A DNA stretch of 64,000 bases from Cytophagales bacterium. GTDB taxonomy: Bacteria > Bacteroidota > Bacteroidia > Cytophagales > UBA9547. Made by a program: the position numbers and the translations under genes. Below the pieces are notes generated by a model. That model did no database searches and was not told where the DNA came from. It worked only from the letters and a program-made list of their open reading frames with translations. The stretch covers positions 56,105 through 120,104 of the forward strand of contig JANRIG010000020.1 of assembly GCA_033765235.1 (NCBI GenBank), in the 5' to 3' direction. Below, piece by piece: positions 39,833 through 51,154 of this stretch; the first letter of the stretch is position 1; every line of letters begins with the position of its first letter.

Positions 39833-39865
39833 ATAAGACCTGGCATCCGGCATGTCAGGTCTTAT
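39833..39865 (+). promoter_or_regulatory. rplL-rpoB intergenic hairpin (attenuator or processing site)
   Basis: ATAAGACCTGGCAT-ccggc-ATGTCAGGTCTTAT, 14-bp stem with one G-U. Confidence 0.6.
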
Positions 39866-39918
39866 CATATTTTAAGCCGGGTCACTCAAATTATATAATT
39901 CATTAAAATTTTCATACA

Positions 39919-42900
39919 TTGGCTACTAAATCTAACGAAAGACATAATTTTGCTCGTGTCAAAAATCAACTTGATTACCCCGACTTCTTAGATATACAAG
40001 TACAATCTTTCAAGGATTTTTTTCAACTCGAAACTGCTCCCGAGTACCGCACCAAAGAAGGTTTATACAAAGTATTTGCCGAGAATTTTCCCATTACAGA
40101 CTCTAGAGAAAATTTTGTTTTAGATTTTATAGATTACCATGTAGACCCTCCCAAGTATTCTGTAGATGAATGTATTGACAGAGGGCTTACTTACTCTGTG
40201 CCACTCAAAGCCAAGCTTAAGCTATCTTGCAACGACGAAGACAATGAAGATTTTAAAACCATTGAGCAAGAAGTATTTTTGGGCAACATCCCCTATATGA
40301 CCGAGCGTGGCTCATTCGTAATAAATGGTGCAGAAAGGGTAATAGTGTCACAACTTCACCGCTCACCCGGAGTATTTTTTGCACAAAGCAAACATACCAA
40401 CGGCACCAAACTATACTCTGCACGTATCATACCTTTCAAAGGTTCGTGGATAGAGTTTGCCACAGATGTGAACAATGTAATGTTTGCCTACATTGACCGC
40501 AAAAAGAAATTTCCTGTTACCACACTGCTACGTGCCATTGGTTTTGGCTCCGACAAAGAAATATTAGACCTTTTTGGTCTTTCAGAAGAATTTGAGATAA
40601 AAAATGGCATCAAAAAAATAGTTGGTCGCAAACTTGCTGCCAGGGTTTTGCGAACATGGACAGAAGACTTTGTAGATGAAGATACCGGTGAGGTGGTTTC
40701 TATAGATCGTAATGAAATATTACTTGAGAGAGACCATACTATAACAGATGATGATATACAAACCATACAAAACTCAGGTACCAAATCTGTTATATTGCAC
40801 CGCGAAGATGTAAATGTATCAGACTTTGCTATTATTTACAACACCTTACAAAAAGACAATTCCAACTCTGAAAAAGAAGCGGTAGAGCAAATATATCGCC
40901 AACTTCGTAATGCTGAAGCTCCTGACGAAGCCACCGCCCGTGAGATAATACAAAACTTGTTTTTCTCCGACAAAAGATATGACTTGGGCGAAGTAGGAAG
41001 GTATAGAATTAACAAAAAACTAAACCTTAATATAGGTATGGAAGTGAGAGTACTCACTACCGATGATATAGTGAGCATTGTAAAGTACCTAATTGGACTT
41101 ATTAACTCCAGGGCTATTGTAGATGATATAGATCACTTGAGCAACCGCCGAGTACGTACCGTAGGCGAACAACTATACGGTCAGTTTGGTGTAGGTCTCT
41201 CCAGAATGGCACGTACCATCAAAGAACGTATGAATGTACGTGACAATGAGGAGTTTAAACCTGTTGATTTGATAAATGCACGTACACTGTCATCAGTTAT
41301 CAACTCATTTTTTGGAACTAACCAACTCAGCCAGTTTATGGATCAAACTAATCCACTTGCTGAGATTACCCACAAACGCAGAATATCAGCACTCGGCCCG
41401 GGAGGTTTATCACGCGAGCGTGCAGGCTTCGAGGTACGTGATGTACACTACACACACTATGGCAGATTATGTACTATAGAAACTCCTGAGGGACCTAATA
41501 TCGGACTTATATCTTCGCTTTGTGTGCACGCCAAAATCAATAGTATGGGATTTATAGAAACCCCATACCGCAAGGTGATGGATTGCAAAGTAGATTTTTC
41601 TCAAGCACCTTCTTATCTATCAGCCGAAGAGGAGGACACACACTATATAGCGCAAGCTAATGCCCATGTAAATGAGGCGGGTAAGATATTGAATGACAAG
41701 TTGAAAACGCGCTATGAAGGAGATTTTCCTGTGGTAGAAGCCGACAAAATATCTTATATGGATGTTGCTAATAATCAAATTGTGTCTGTTGCAGCTTCGT
41801 TAATACCATTTTTGGAGCATAATGATGCCAACCGCGCACTCATGGGCTCCAACATGCAACGCCAAGCAGTACCTCTCATGGTGCCTGAGGCTCCTGTAGT
41901 AGGTACCGGCATGGAAAAAAGGGTGGCTACAGATTCACGTACACTCATAATGGCTGAGACAGACGGGGTGGTAGAATATGTAGATTCAAAAAAAATAACC
42001 ATTAAATATAACCTCACAGAGGAACAGCAATTTGTAAACTTTGATACAGATTATAAAACATATCACCTGATAAAATTCAGAAGAACCAACCAAGACACCA
42101 GTATCAATTTGCGACCCATTGTGTCAAAAGGCGACAAAGTAAAAAAAGGACAAGTATTGGTAGAAGGTTATGCTACACAAGGTGGCGAGTTGGCACTGGG
42201 CAGAAATCTACTGGTTGCATTCATGCCATGGCAGGGATATAACTTTGAAGATGCCATAGTAATCAATGAAAAAGTAGTACGTGAAGACATATTCACTTCG
42301 TTGCACATAGAAGAATTTGAACTTGAAGTAAGAGACACCAAACGAGGAGAAGAAGAACTTACCTCCGAAATACCCAATGTGAGCGAAGAAGCTGTAAAAC
42401 ACTTAGATGAAAACGGCATCATACGTATTGGTGCTGAGGTAAAAGAGGGAGATATACTGATAGGCAAAATTACTCCTAAAGGCGAGTCAGACCCTACACC
42501 TGAGGAAAAACTACTGCGTGCCATATTTGGCGACAAAGCCGGTGATGTAAAAGATGCATCGCTCAAAGCTCCACCATCACTAAAAGGAGTAGTGATAGAC
42601 ACTAAGCTTTTTTCGCGTACGCGCAAAGACAAAGAGATAAAAGGAAAAGGCAAAAAAGTAATAGATAACTTAAAAGACAGATATAGTAGTGATCTGACTG
42701 CTCTAAAAAATCAGCTTATAGACAAGCTGGTCACAGTGCTTGATGGCAAAACTTGTCAAGGTATAAAACATAAGTTTGGTGACGACATCATGTCTAAAGG
42801 AGTGAAATTTAACAGAAAAAATATTACTGAAAACTTATTTCCTGACAAAAACGTCTATCGCGATGAGAGCAACTATAATGTGCCGGAAGAGGTGAATCTT

Positions 42901-43788
42901 ATTTCTGACCTAATGCTCGATAATTGCACTACAGATGCTAATATTAACGCTATATTAGTAAAATTGGTAAAAAATTATAATGTCAAGCGCAACGAGATTG
43001 CCGGCAAATTTAAACGCGAAAGATTTGCTATTGAAGTAGGTGATGAATTGCCTGCCGGTATAGTAAAACTTGCCAAAGTATACATTGCCAAAAAACGCAA
43101 ACTCAAAGTAGGAGATAAAATGGCCGGAAGACACGGAAACAAAGGGGTGGTAGCACGTATAGTACGCGAAGAAGACATGCCATTTTTAGAAGACGGCTCT
43201 CCTGTAGATGTTGTACTTAATCCTTTGGGCGTACCTTCAAGGATGAATATAGGTCAGATATATGAAACTTTGCTCGGATGGGCAGGTAAAAGATTGGGCA
43301 AAAAATATGCAACCCCTATTTTTGACGGAGCCACAGAAGAAGAAGTATTCAACGAACTGAAACAAGCAGGCATATCCATGACAGGCAAAACCTATTTGTA
43401 CGATGGGCTTACCGGTCAGCGATTTGACCAACCTACCACAGTGGGTGTGATATATATACTCAAGCTTGGCCACATGGTAGATGATAAAATGCACGCTCGT
43501 TCAATAGGACCATATTCGCTCATCACCCAACAGCCTCTGGGTGGCAAAGCCCAATTTGGTGGTCAAAGGTTTGGTGAGATGGAGGTATGGGCGATAGAAG
43601 CATTTGGGGCATCGCACATTTTGCAAGAGATACTCACCGTAAAATCTGATGATGTTATAGGCAGAGCAAAAGCATATGAAGCCATAGTGAAAGGTGAAAA
43701 TCTACCTAAACCAAATATTCCTGAGTCGTTCAATGTATTGGTACATGAGCTCCGAGGATTGGCACTTGAGCTTACCATGGAGCAATAG
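39919..43788 (+). CDS. rpoB: DNA-directed RNA polymerase subunit beta
   Basis: TTG start; [40 protein letters not shown] motifs. Confidence 0.99.
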   Translation: MATKSNERHNFARVKNQLDYPDFLDIQVQSFKDFFQLETAPEYRTKEGLYKVFAENFPITDSRENFVLDFIDYHVDPPKYSVDECIDRGLTYSVPLKAKLKLSCNDEDNEDFKTIEQEVFLGNIPYMTERGSFVINGAERVIVSQLHRSPGVFFAQSKHTNGTKLYSARIIPFKGSWIEFATDVNNVMFAYIDRKKKFPVTTLLRAIGFGSDKEILDLFGLSEEFEIKNGIKKIVGRKLAARVLRTWTEDFVDEDTGEVVSIDRNEILLERDHTITDDDIQTIQNSGTKSVILHREDVNVSDFAIIYNTLQKDNSNSEKEAVEQIYRQLRNAEAPDEATAREIIQNLFFSDKRYDLGEVGRYRINKKLNLNIGMEVRVLTTDDIVSIVKYLIGLINSRAIVDDIDHLSNRRVRTVGEQLYGQFGVGLSRMARTIKERMNVRDNEEFKPVDLINARTLSSVINSFFGTNQLSQFMDQTNPLAEITHKRRISALGPGGLSRERAGFEVRDVHYTHYGRLCTIETPEGPNIGLISSLCVHAKINSMGFIETPYRKVMDCKVDFSQAPSYLSAEEEDTHYIAQANAHVNEAGKILNDKLKTRYEGDFPVVEADKISYMDVANNQIVSVAASLIPFLEHNDANRALMGSNMQRQAVPLMVPEAPVVGTGMEKRVATDSRTLIMAETDGVVEYVDSKKITIKYNLTEEQQFVNFDTDYKTYHLIKFRRTNQDTSINLRPIVSKGDKVKKGQVLVEGYATQGGELALGRNLLVAFMPWQGYNFEDAIVINEKVVREDIFTSLHIEEFELEVRDTKRGEEELTSEIPNVSEEAVKHLDENGIIRIGAEVKEGDILIGKITPKGESDPTPEEKLLRAIFGDKAGDVKDASLKAPPSLKGVVIDTKLFSRTRKDKEIKGKGKKVIDNLKDRYSSDLTALKNQLIDKLVTVLDGKTCQGIKHKFGDDIMSKGVKFNRKNITENLFPDKNVYRDESNYNVPEEVNLISDLMLDNCTTDANINAILVKLVKNYNVKRNEIAGKFKRERFAIEVGDELPAGIVKLAKVYIAKKRKLKVGDKMAGRHGNKGVVARIVREEDMPFLEDGSPVDVVLNPLGVPSRMNIGQIYETLLGWAGKRLGKKYATPIFDGATEEEVFNELKQAGISMTGKTYLYDGLTGQRFDQPTTVGVIYILKLGHMVDDKMHARSIGPYSLITQQPLGGKAQFGGQRFGEMEVWAIEAFGASHILQEILTVKSDDVIGRAKAYEAIVKGENLPKPNIPESFNVLVHELRGLALELTMEQ

Positions 43789-43817
43789 CATATATTCTAT
43801 ATCCATTCTCTGCCAAT

Positions 43818-43852
43818 GTATCAAGTATCTATTCACAATAGATACTTGATGC
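43818..43852 (+). terminator. Strong hairpin downstream of rpoB (terminator-like, no U tract)
   Basis: ATCAAGTATCTATT-cac-AATAGATACTTGAT, perfect 14-bp stem. Confidence 0.55.
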
Positions 43853-44017
43853 TATATCATCGCTGCCAACTCAGTCAACTTATTAATGGTAAAAATTTAA
43901 CCCATGAAGGAATCAAGACACATTAAGATATATCCTTAACTGCTCAATGGTAAAAATTATTCTTATGAAATTCTAAAAAAATGATTAGAATTGTCGTTGT
44001 AAGATGATTATCATAAG

Positions 44018-44815
44018 ATGAATGCTCCCCCAAAAACCCACCTGCTCGAAACCGAATTCCTAAGATTGGTACAAATCATGGACGATTTGCGCAGCCTGTG
44101 CCCATGGGATAAGAAGCAAACTATACAAAGCCTCAGGTATCTTACAATAGAAGAGGTGTATGAACTTTCAGAAAATATTGTAAGCGAAAATTATCCTGAG
44201 ATAAAAAATGAACTAGGCGATATATTATTACACATTCTTTTTTATAGTCGAATAGCTTCTGAAAATCAGCATTTCACACTTACTGAAGTTATAGAGGGTA
44301 TTTGTGAAAAACTCATCCGCCGCCACCCACATGTATATGGCAGCGTACAAGCACACGATGAAGATGAAGTGAAAAGAAACTGGGAAACCATTAAACAAGC
44401 AGAAAATAATGGTGAAAAAACAATACTTTCAGGAGTGCCCAGTACATTGCCTGCATTGATCAAGGCCATTCGAATACAAGAAAAGGCACGAGGAGCAGGA
44501 TTTGACTGGGAGCACAAATCGCAAGTATGGCAAAAAGTACAAGAAGAAATAAGTGAATTTCAATATGAAGAGTCGCAAAATGAACCTGATGTTGACAAAA
44601 TGGAGTTAGAGTTTGGCGATCTTTTGTTTTCTTTGGTAAACTATGCGCGCTTTGTAGGTATCAACCCCGAAGATGCATTAGAGAAAACCAACAAAAAATT
44701 TATCAAACGATTTACATTCATGGAAAATGAAGTAAAAAATGACGGCAAAAAATTAGAAAATATGACCTTAGACCAGATGGATGTGTACTGGAACAAAGCA
44801 AAAAGTATGAGCTAA
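44018..44815 (+). CDS. mazG: Nucleoside triphosphate pyrophosphohydrolase MazG
   Basis: CPWDKKQT, EEVYEL, ELGDILL, KLIRRHPHVY, EFGDLLF motifs (tandem MazG domains). Confidence 0.95.
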   Translation: MNAPPKTHLLETEFLRLVQIMDDLRSLCPWDKKQTIQSLRYLTIEEVYELSENIVSENYPEIKNELGDILLHILFYSRIASENQHFTLTEVIEGICEKLIRRHPHVYGSVQAHDEDEVKRNWETIKQAENNGEKTILSGVPSTLPALIKAIRIQEKARGAGFDWEHKSQVWQKVQEEISEFQYEESQNEPDVDKMELEFGDLLFSLVNYARFVGINPEDALEKTNKKFIKRFTFMENEVKNDGKKLENMTLDQMDVYWNKAKSMS

Positions 44816-44854
44816 TCTTTGTATATTCATAAAATATTATTACATTTACATTAT

Positions 44855-45280
44855 ATGAAATTCAAGTTGTCATTGTACTTACTTTTTATTATTTGCTCAT
44901 TTGGTATAGCACAAGACACCTTGGTGAATATGCTCACTACAAGGCATATATACCCTACAGCTACCATATCAGACAAAGATATACAACTGCTTGCTTACAA
45001 AAACATACTTCAAGCCATACAAGGTATGGTACCGGGTGTGAATGTGAGAGAAACCCATCTTGGTGCGGTACCTGTGGTAAATATTAGAGGCATAGCCTCT
45101 GTATTTGGCAGCAACCAACCTCTTTATGTAGTAGATGGTATGCCACTATACGACAACAATTTAGACTTCATAAACCCTCATGATGTAGAGAAGATTGAGG
45201 TACTCAAAGACCCATCATCCTGTGCAATGTATGGTGCAAGGGGGGGCAACGGGGTAGTGATTATTACGATGAAAAAATAA
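44855..45280 (+). CDS. Stand-alone SusC-type TonB-dependent receptor plug domain protein with signal peptide
   Basis: IRG, QPLYVVDG, INPHDVEKIEVLKD...MYGARGGNGVVIITMKK, then stop; no barrel follows. Confidence 0.85.
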   Translation: MKFKLSLYLLFIICSFGIAQDTLVNMLTTRHIYPTATISDKDIQLLAYKNILQAIQGMVPGVNVRETHLGAVPVVNIRGIASVFGSNQPLYVVDGMPLYDNNLDFINPHDVEKIEVLKDPSSCAMYGARGGNGVVIITMKK

Positions 45281-45292
45281 TATATTCATACC

Positions 45293-46210
45293 TTATTTTT
45301 GATTTATATATATTTCCTCTAAAGCACTTTCCAAAGTCCTATGTCTGAATTCAAAGCCTGTTTCTAATATTTTTTTGCATGATATATTGTTACTTTCCAG
45401 CACGATATCAGACATTTCACCTAACAGTATCTTTACTATGGCAGTAGGTATATATACTTTCAAGGCATATTTATTAACCTTGCGGGTGAGCGACAGCATA
45501 AATTCATAGTGTGTCACAGGATTGGGGGCCACAGCATTATACACACCAGCAAGAGTAGCGTTTTTGGCACACCTAATGTAAATATTATGTAAGTCATTTA
45601 TATGTATCCATGATATATATTGATGTCCTATACCTAATATAGGTGATATACCATACTTTACAGGCATGACCATTCGCTCCAAAGCCCCCCCATTATTGCC
45701 CAATACCATGCCTGTGCGCAAGTAGCAGCATCTTACCCCTGCCTCTTCAAACGGGCGTGCCGCCTGCTCCCATGCTTGCGATACCGTTGCTAAAAATGAA
45801 TGACCTTGAGGTGCATCTTCCTCGCAAGCTTTTTTATTATTACTTTCATATATGCCTACCCCTGATGCTGTTATATAACAATTTGGCATATACCCCAAGG
45901 TTTTGAAAGTATCATATAGTAATTTTGTACTGTTGGTCCTGCTTTCTAATATTTCACTTTTTGCAGTACTGCTCCACCTCTTAGAAGCCACATTTGCACC
46001 AGCAAGATGTATAACGGCATCTACGTTTTCAAATGCTGCTCTATCTGCATACCCACTTTTTACATCCCAATGAAAATATTTTTCACCGTATTTTGATATA
46101 GGTATATGCCTGCTGAGTACATGTACGGATATGCTGTCTGCTAAAAATTTTTGGATTAACGAGCCACCGATAAATCCTGTTCCTCCTGTGATAAGTACAC
46201 GATTATTCAT
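45293..46210 (-). CDS. TIGR01777 family NAD-dependent epimerase/oxidoreductase
   Basis: ITGGTGFIG, IHLAGA, SWIHINDL, YNAVAPNPV, GFEF motifs. Confidence 0.9.
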   Translation of the reverse strand: MNNRVLITGGTGFIGGSLIQKFLADSISVHVLSRHIPISKYGEKYFHWDVKSGYADRAAFENVDAVIHLAGANVASKRWSSTAKSEILESRTNSTKLLYDTFKTLGYMPNCYITASGVGIYESNNKKACEEDAPQGHSFLATVSQAWEQAARPFEEAGVRCCYLRTGMVLGNNGGALERMVMPVKYGISPILGIGHQYISWIHINDLHNIYIRCAKNATLAGVYNAVAPNPVTHYEFMLSLTRKVNKYALKVYIPTAIVKILLGEMSDIVLESNNISCKKILETGFEFRHRTLESALEEIYINQK

Positions 46211-46283
46211 AAATATTTTTATTAGAAAAATAATAATTATAATAAAAATGTTATAAATTTACCTAAAATATTAAACATCTATT

Positions 46284-47393
46284 ATGAAAAAAATAGTAAA
46301 ATATCTAGCAATCATTCCTTTATTAGTACTCTTATTCGCCTGTGGCGAAAAAACGCCTGCACCTTCCACTATTACCACCTCGGCAGGAAGTAACATGCCC
46401 GAAAAATTTAAAGTAGACATACCCAACTCTGTGAGCTACAGTACCTCCTCCAAAGTAGGAGCTCGGCTCGAGGCAAATGCCTCCGGCAAAATTGATGGAG
46501 GAGAGTCAATATATGACCCACTGCGTGCATATATTATGATAGGAGAGCAAGCTGCCAAAACTGTGGAAGAAATCATAATCGCCATAAGAAAAAACGGGCT
46601 AAACCAACCACTAAGTTTTGAGTTTCCGAGCGATGAAGACAAGCGTACAAAAGTCATCACAGTGGTAGAAAATGTTGTGTTTGAAGGCACTACTTACAGC
46701 TTTGGACTTACTTGTAAAGACAAAGCAGCCGACAAAGTAGCCATGCAGGTGTTTTGGAACAGCAAACCTATAAAAGGAACAGCCATGCTCAACTTATATG
46801 CCCTTGAAATGACAGATAAAAATAAAGCAGCTGACAAAACCACCTTCAGGGTAGACTACAGCGAAGCTGATCCGTCATACGATCAAACAATGCTTGTGCA
46901 AATAGCAGGGATAGATAACAGTACTGATAAGCAAGCACCCATTAACCTCAAAATGTTTGCCGGCAAAAAAGGTGATATTGTGAGCGTATATGGCAACTCG
47001 CATCATGAAAATGTGACCGGATTAGGTGCAGGAGCTATAAACTATGCATTTCGTGCCAAAGGCAATGTGAAAGATGACTTGGGAGTGGCCGAAGTATCAA
47101 TACCACCCTCATCACTCACAGGTACTACAGGCATGATGGATACCTACTCGGTAAAAAACATATTGATAAATTTGATAAAAAAACAGTACAACCTCACCGA
47201 CGTGCCCAATACACTGATAGGGACCTACCTTACCAACTTTGATGCACCCGGCTACTTCAAAAGTGATAAATTTGTAGGAGCAGGCAACTATCCCTCATCT
47301 ATCACAGGCTTTGCAGATATCAAAGATTTGAGTGCACTTACTCCCTATATACCTTCTGATATTGCGGCATTAAAACTTGAGTTTAAAAAATAA
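46284..47393 (+). CDS. Lipoprotein of unknown function
   Basis: Signal peptide with lipobox LFAC; 369-aa ORF followed by a terminator. Confidence 0.8.
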   Translation: MKKIVKYLAIIPLLVLLFACGEKTPAPSTITTSAGSNMPEKFKVDIPNSVSYSTSSKVGARLEANASGKIDGGESIYDPLRAYIMIGEQAAKTVEEIIIAIRKNGLNQPLSFEFPSDEDKRTKVITVVENVVFEGTTYSFGLTCKDKAADKVAMQVFWNSKPIKGTAMLNLYALEMTDKNKAADKTTFRVDYSEADPSYDQTMLVQIAGIDNSTDKQAPINLKMFAGKKGDIVSVYGNSHHENVTGLGAGAINYAFRAKGNVKDDLGVAEVSIPPSSLTGTTGMMDTYSVKNILINLIKKQYNLTDVPNTLIGTYLTNFDAPGYFKSDKFVGAGNYPSSITGFADIKDLSALTPYIPSDIAALKLEFKK

Positions 47394-47412
47394 TACCCCC
47401 ATATTCACGTAT

Positions 47413-47449
47413 AAATCAGTGTATCTCATAGGTGCACTGATTTTTTTTT
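47413..47449 (+). terminator. Intrinsic terminator
   Basis: AAATCAGTGTATCT-cat-AGGTGCACTGATTT running into T9. Confidence 0.8.
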
Positions 47450-47479
47450 GTTTAATTGCTTGCATGATAATGAGAAGCA

Positions 47480-48709
47480 ATGAAAACCAAACGCAAAATA
47501 CTCAATGACCCTTTGTATGGCTTCATCACTATACCAGGCGATCTTATTTTTGAGATTATAGAACATCCTTATTTTCAGCGTCTTAGGCGTATTCGTCAAT
47601 TGGGATTGGGCGATTTGGTGTACCCTGGTGCTGTACATAGCCGCTTTCATCACGCTATTGGAGCCATGCACTTGATGGAAAAAGTGTTGGAATCGCTGCG
47701 GCTCAAAGGTCATGAAATATCAGACCAAGAGTTTGAATCTGCACTCATAGCCATACTTTTGCATGACATTGGTCACGGTCCATTCTCACATGTGCTGGAG
47801 CATGCCATACTCAACAAAGTACATCATGAAGACATTTCACTACTCATTATCAAACATTTGAATATTATTTTTGATAATAAACTTGCCCTTGCCATCAAGA
47901 TATTTGAAGGCACCTATGATAGGCACTTTTTTCACCAACTGGTATCGAGCCAGCTAGACCTTGACCGAATGGACTATCTCAACCGTGACTCATACTTTTC
48001 CGGTGTCACAGAGGGCGTAGTGAGCAATGAGCGCATCACCCATATGTTTGACATAGTGCAAGATGAAATTGTGATAGAAGAAAAAGGGGTGTTCAGTGTA
48101 GAAAACTTTCTCAACTCACGCAGGCTCATGTACTGGCAAGTATATTTGCACAAAACCATAATAGCCGCAGAGGAAATGCTGATACAAATAGTGAAACGTG
48201 CAAAATACCTTTGTCAAAACCATGTAAACATAATTACTACACCATCATTACAATTATTCCTTCAAAAAAATATTTCTTTTACAGAATTTGACCATCAGGT
48301 ACTTGAGCACTTTACCCAAATGGATGATTATGACCTTTGGGGAAGTATCAAAATATGGCAACATCATTCAGATATAGTATTATCTATGCTATGTAAAAAG
48401 CTGCTAAACAGAGATTTGTTTAAAAACCATTTGTCAAACACCGAGTACGGCACCTTGTATATAGAAATGGTAGATGCTAAATTAAAACAACATTATAAAA
48501 TAAATGATGAGGAGCTTGCGTTTATACGCAGCACGGGTACATTGACAAATTTGGGGTATATATCATCGGGCAATAAAATAAAAGTAATGCGCAAAAACGG
48601 CGAAATTATAGATATATCAGAGATTTCAGACTTACCAAATATAAAAGCTATTAGCGAAATTGTAAAGAAGTATTATCTTTGTTGTCCAAAAGAAGGTTTA
48701 AGACAGTAG
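47480..48709 (+). CDS. HD-domain phosphohydrolase (dNTPase-like)
   Basis: FQRLRRIRQLG, HSRFHH, LLHDIGHGPFSH, DLDRMDYL, VYLHKT motifs. Confidence 0.92.
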   Translation: MKTKRKILNDPLYGFITIPGDLIFEIIEHPYFQRLRRIRQLGLGDLVYPGAVHSRFHHAIGAMHLMEKVLESLRLKGHEISDQEFESALIAILLHDIGHGPFSHVLEHAILNKVHHEDISLLIIKHLNIIFDNKLALAIKIFEGTYDRHFFHQLVSSQLDLDRMDYLNRDSYFSGVTEGVVSNERITHMFDIVQDEIVIEEKGVFSVENFLNSRRLMYWQVYLHKTIIAAEEMLIQIVKRAKYLCQNHVNIITTPSLQLFLQKNISFTEFDHQVLEHFTQMDDYDLWGSIKIWQHHSDIVLSMLCKKLLNRDLFKNHLSNTEYGTLYIEMVDAKLKQHYKINDEELAFIRSTGTLTNLGYISSGNKIKVMRKNGEIIDISEISDLPNIKAISEIVKKYYLCCPKEGLRQ

Positions 48710-48712
48710 ATT

Positions 48713-49765
48713 ATGCAATTTACAGTACAACAAATATCGCAAATACTTGATGGTGAAATTGTAGGTAATGGACATGGTACGGTAAATACATTATCCAAAA
48801 TACAAGAAGCTGCCGAGGGAGCTATCTCATTTTTATCAAACCCAAAATATGAAAACTATATATATACCACCCAAGCTTCGGCGGTGATTGTTGACAAAAA
48901 ATTCATTCCCAAAAGCAAGGTAAATACTACCCTTATCATGGTAGATGACCCATACACCGCCTTTTCTACATTGCTCGAAGAATATCACAAAATCAATTCA
49001 TTCAAGAAAAAAGGCATTGAAAATCCATCATTTATGGGCGAGGGCACTCAAATGGGCGATAGTGTATATCAAGGTGCATTCTCATATATAGGTACGCATT
49101 GCACCATTGGGCACAATGCAAAAATATATCCGGGAGTGTACATAGGAGACAATGTAAGTATAGGCAACAACTGTATCATATATGCAGGTGCCAAAATATA
49201 CAGCGGCACTCAAATTGGGCATTATTGCACCATACAGTCTGGCGCAGTGATAGGCAGCGACGGATTTGGATTTGCACCGCAGGCCGATGGCACATACAAA
49301 ACCATACCTCAGATAGGCAATGTAATACTCGAAGACCATGTAGATGTAGGAGCCAATACTGTGATAGATTGTGCTACCATGGGCTCTACAATCATAAAAT
49401 CGGGTGTAAAATTAGACAACCTGATACAAATAGCCCATAATGCAGAGATAGGCAAAAACACGGTAATAGCCGCACAATCAGGCATTTCCGGCTCTACCAA
49501 AATTGGCGAAAATTGTATAATAGCAGGGCAAGCAGGTATCATAGGGCACCTCACTATAGCCGACAAAACATCCATAGCTGCACAGTCGGGCATAGGCAAA
49601 TCTATATTGGAAAGTGGCAAAACTTACATGGGCAGCCCTGCATTTGATCACAAAAATTATCTAAAAACCTACACTGTGTTCAGAAAATTGCCTGAACTAT
49701 TAAAACGTATTGAAGAATTAGAAGAAAAAATTATAGCTTTGCAGTCAATAGAATCGAATGCTTAA
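48713..49765 (+). CDS. lpxD: UDP-3-O-acylglucosamine N-acyltransferase
   Basis: Hexapeptide repeats, GSDGFGF, KLDNLIQIAHN. Confidence 0.96.
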   Translation: MQFTVQQISQILDGEIVGNGHGTVNTLSKIQEAAEGAISFLSNPKYENYIYTTQASAVIVDKKFIPKSKVNTTLIMVDDPYTAFSTLLEEYHKINSFKKKGIENPSFMGEGTQMGDSVYQGAFSYIGTHCTIGHNAKIYPGVYIGDNVSIGNNCIIYAGAKIYSGTQIGHYCTIQSGAVIGSDGFGFAPQADGTYKTIPQIGNVILEDHVDVGANTVIDCATMGSTIIKSGVKLDNLIQIAHNAEIGKNTVIAAQSGISGSTKIGENCIIAGQAGIIGHLTIADKTSIAAQSGIGKSILESGKTYMGSPAFDHKNYLKTYTVFRKLPELLKRIEELEEKIIALQSIESNA

Positions 49766-51152
49766 TTCAAAACAACAAACCATAAAACGTGCAATCACCA
49801 TCTCAGGGGTGGGGTTGCATACAGGTGCAGATTGCAATATGACCTTTGTGCCCAAGGAAATAAACTATGGCATAAAATTTCAACGCACAGACCTAGACGG
49901 GCAACCTATTGTAGATGCCGATGTAGACTATGTAGTAGACCTGTCACGAGGCACTACCATAGAGCATAATGGAGCCCGTATCAATACTGTGGAGCATACA
50001 TTGGCAGCATTGTCAGGCTTAGAGATAGATAATGTACTCATACAACTTGACGGGCCTGAGCCGCCTATCATGGATGGAAGTTCACGATATTTTGTAGATG
50101 CATTACTGGAGGCAGGTCCGGAGGAGCAAAACGCTCTTAGAAACTACTTTGTAGTACCCGAAAACATCACCTACACAGACCCCTCTCGCAATGTAGAGAT
50201 TGCAGCATTGCCATTAGATGATTACAGGGTCACTGTAATGATAGACTACAACTCACCTGTACTGGGAAGCCAACACGCATCTATTACCGATATCAAAAAA
50301 TTCAGCAAAGATATAGCATCGTGCCGTACATTTTGCTTTCTTCATGAGCTCGAAATGCTCAAGTCACAAAACCTCATCAAAGGGGGCGACCTCAATAATG
50401 CCATAGTAATAGTAGACAGAGTGGTGAAAGATGAGGAGCTGGAGACTTTGGCCAAATTATTCAACAAACAAAAAGTAGAAGTAAAAAAAGAAGGTATTCT
50501 CAATAATATTGAACTCAGATATAATAATGAACCTGCCAGACATAAACTACTTGATGTAATAGGAGACCTCACATTGGTAGGCAGACCGCTTAAAGCGCAG
50601 ATATTGGCCGCAAGACCCGGTCATGCCGCAAATATAGCTTTTGCCAAAAAGCTCAAAAAGGTGATGCTGCAAAATCAGAAAAATCCAATACCTGTGTACG
50701 ACCCTAATGTGCCTCCTGTATATGACTCAAAGCAGATATACAAAATACTACCTCATGGCCATCCTTTTAAAATGATAGATAAAATCATTCATTTGGAAGA
50801 TACGTTGGTAATAGGTGTAAAAAATGTATCTATAAATGAAGATTATTTCACAGGGCACTTCCCTGATAATCCGGTGTTTCCGGGTGTATTTCAGCTGGAG
50901 GGCATGGCACAGACAGGTGGTGTACTTGCACTAAGCAATGTGGACGACCCTGAGAACTATTGGGCATATTTTTTGGGAATTGAAGAATGCAGGTTCAAAA
51001 AAATGATAGTGCCCGGCGACACTGTGATATACAGATGTGAGCTTTTGGCACCCATAAGACGTGGAATAATAAAAATGCAAGGACATGCCTATGTATCAGG
51101 TCAGTTAGTATGTGAGGCAGTGATGATAGCCAGTTTAGTACGAAAACCATAA
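49758..51152 (+). CDS. lpxC: Bifunctional LpxC deacetylase / FabZ dehydratase
   Basis: GVGLHTG, TVEH, HKLLD (LpxC) fused to LPH, GHFPDNPVFPGV, EGMAQ (FabZ). Confidence 0.96.
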   Translation: MLNSKQQTIKRAITISGVGLHTGADCNMTFVPKEINYGIKFQRTDLDGQPIVDADVDYVVDLSRGTTIEHNGARINTVEHTLAALSGLEIDNVLIQLDGPEPPIMDGSSRYFVDALLEAGPEEQNALRNYFVVPENITYTDPSRNVEIAALPLDDYRVTVMIDYNSPVLGSQHASITDIKKFSKDIASCRTFCFLHELEMLKSQNLIKGGDLNNAIVIVDRVVKDEELETLAKLFNKQKVEVKKEGILNNIELRYNNEPARHKLLDVIGDLTLVGRPLKAQILAARPGHAANIAFAKKLKKVMLQNQKNPIPVYDPNVPPVYDSKQIYKILPHGHPFKMIDKIIHLEDTLVIGVKNVSINEDYFTGHFPDNPVFPGVFQLEGMAQTGGVLALSNVDDPENYWAYFLGIEECRFKKMIVPGDTVIYRCELLAPIRRGIIKMQGHAYVSGQLVCEAVMIASLVRKP

Positions 51153-51154
51153 CA

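Noticed and set aside
49758-51152. LpxC-FabZ fusion as a novelty
   Set aside because: Standard in Bacteroidota.
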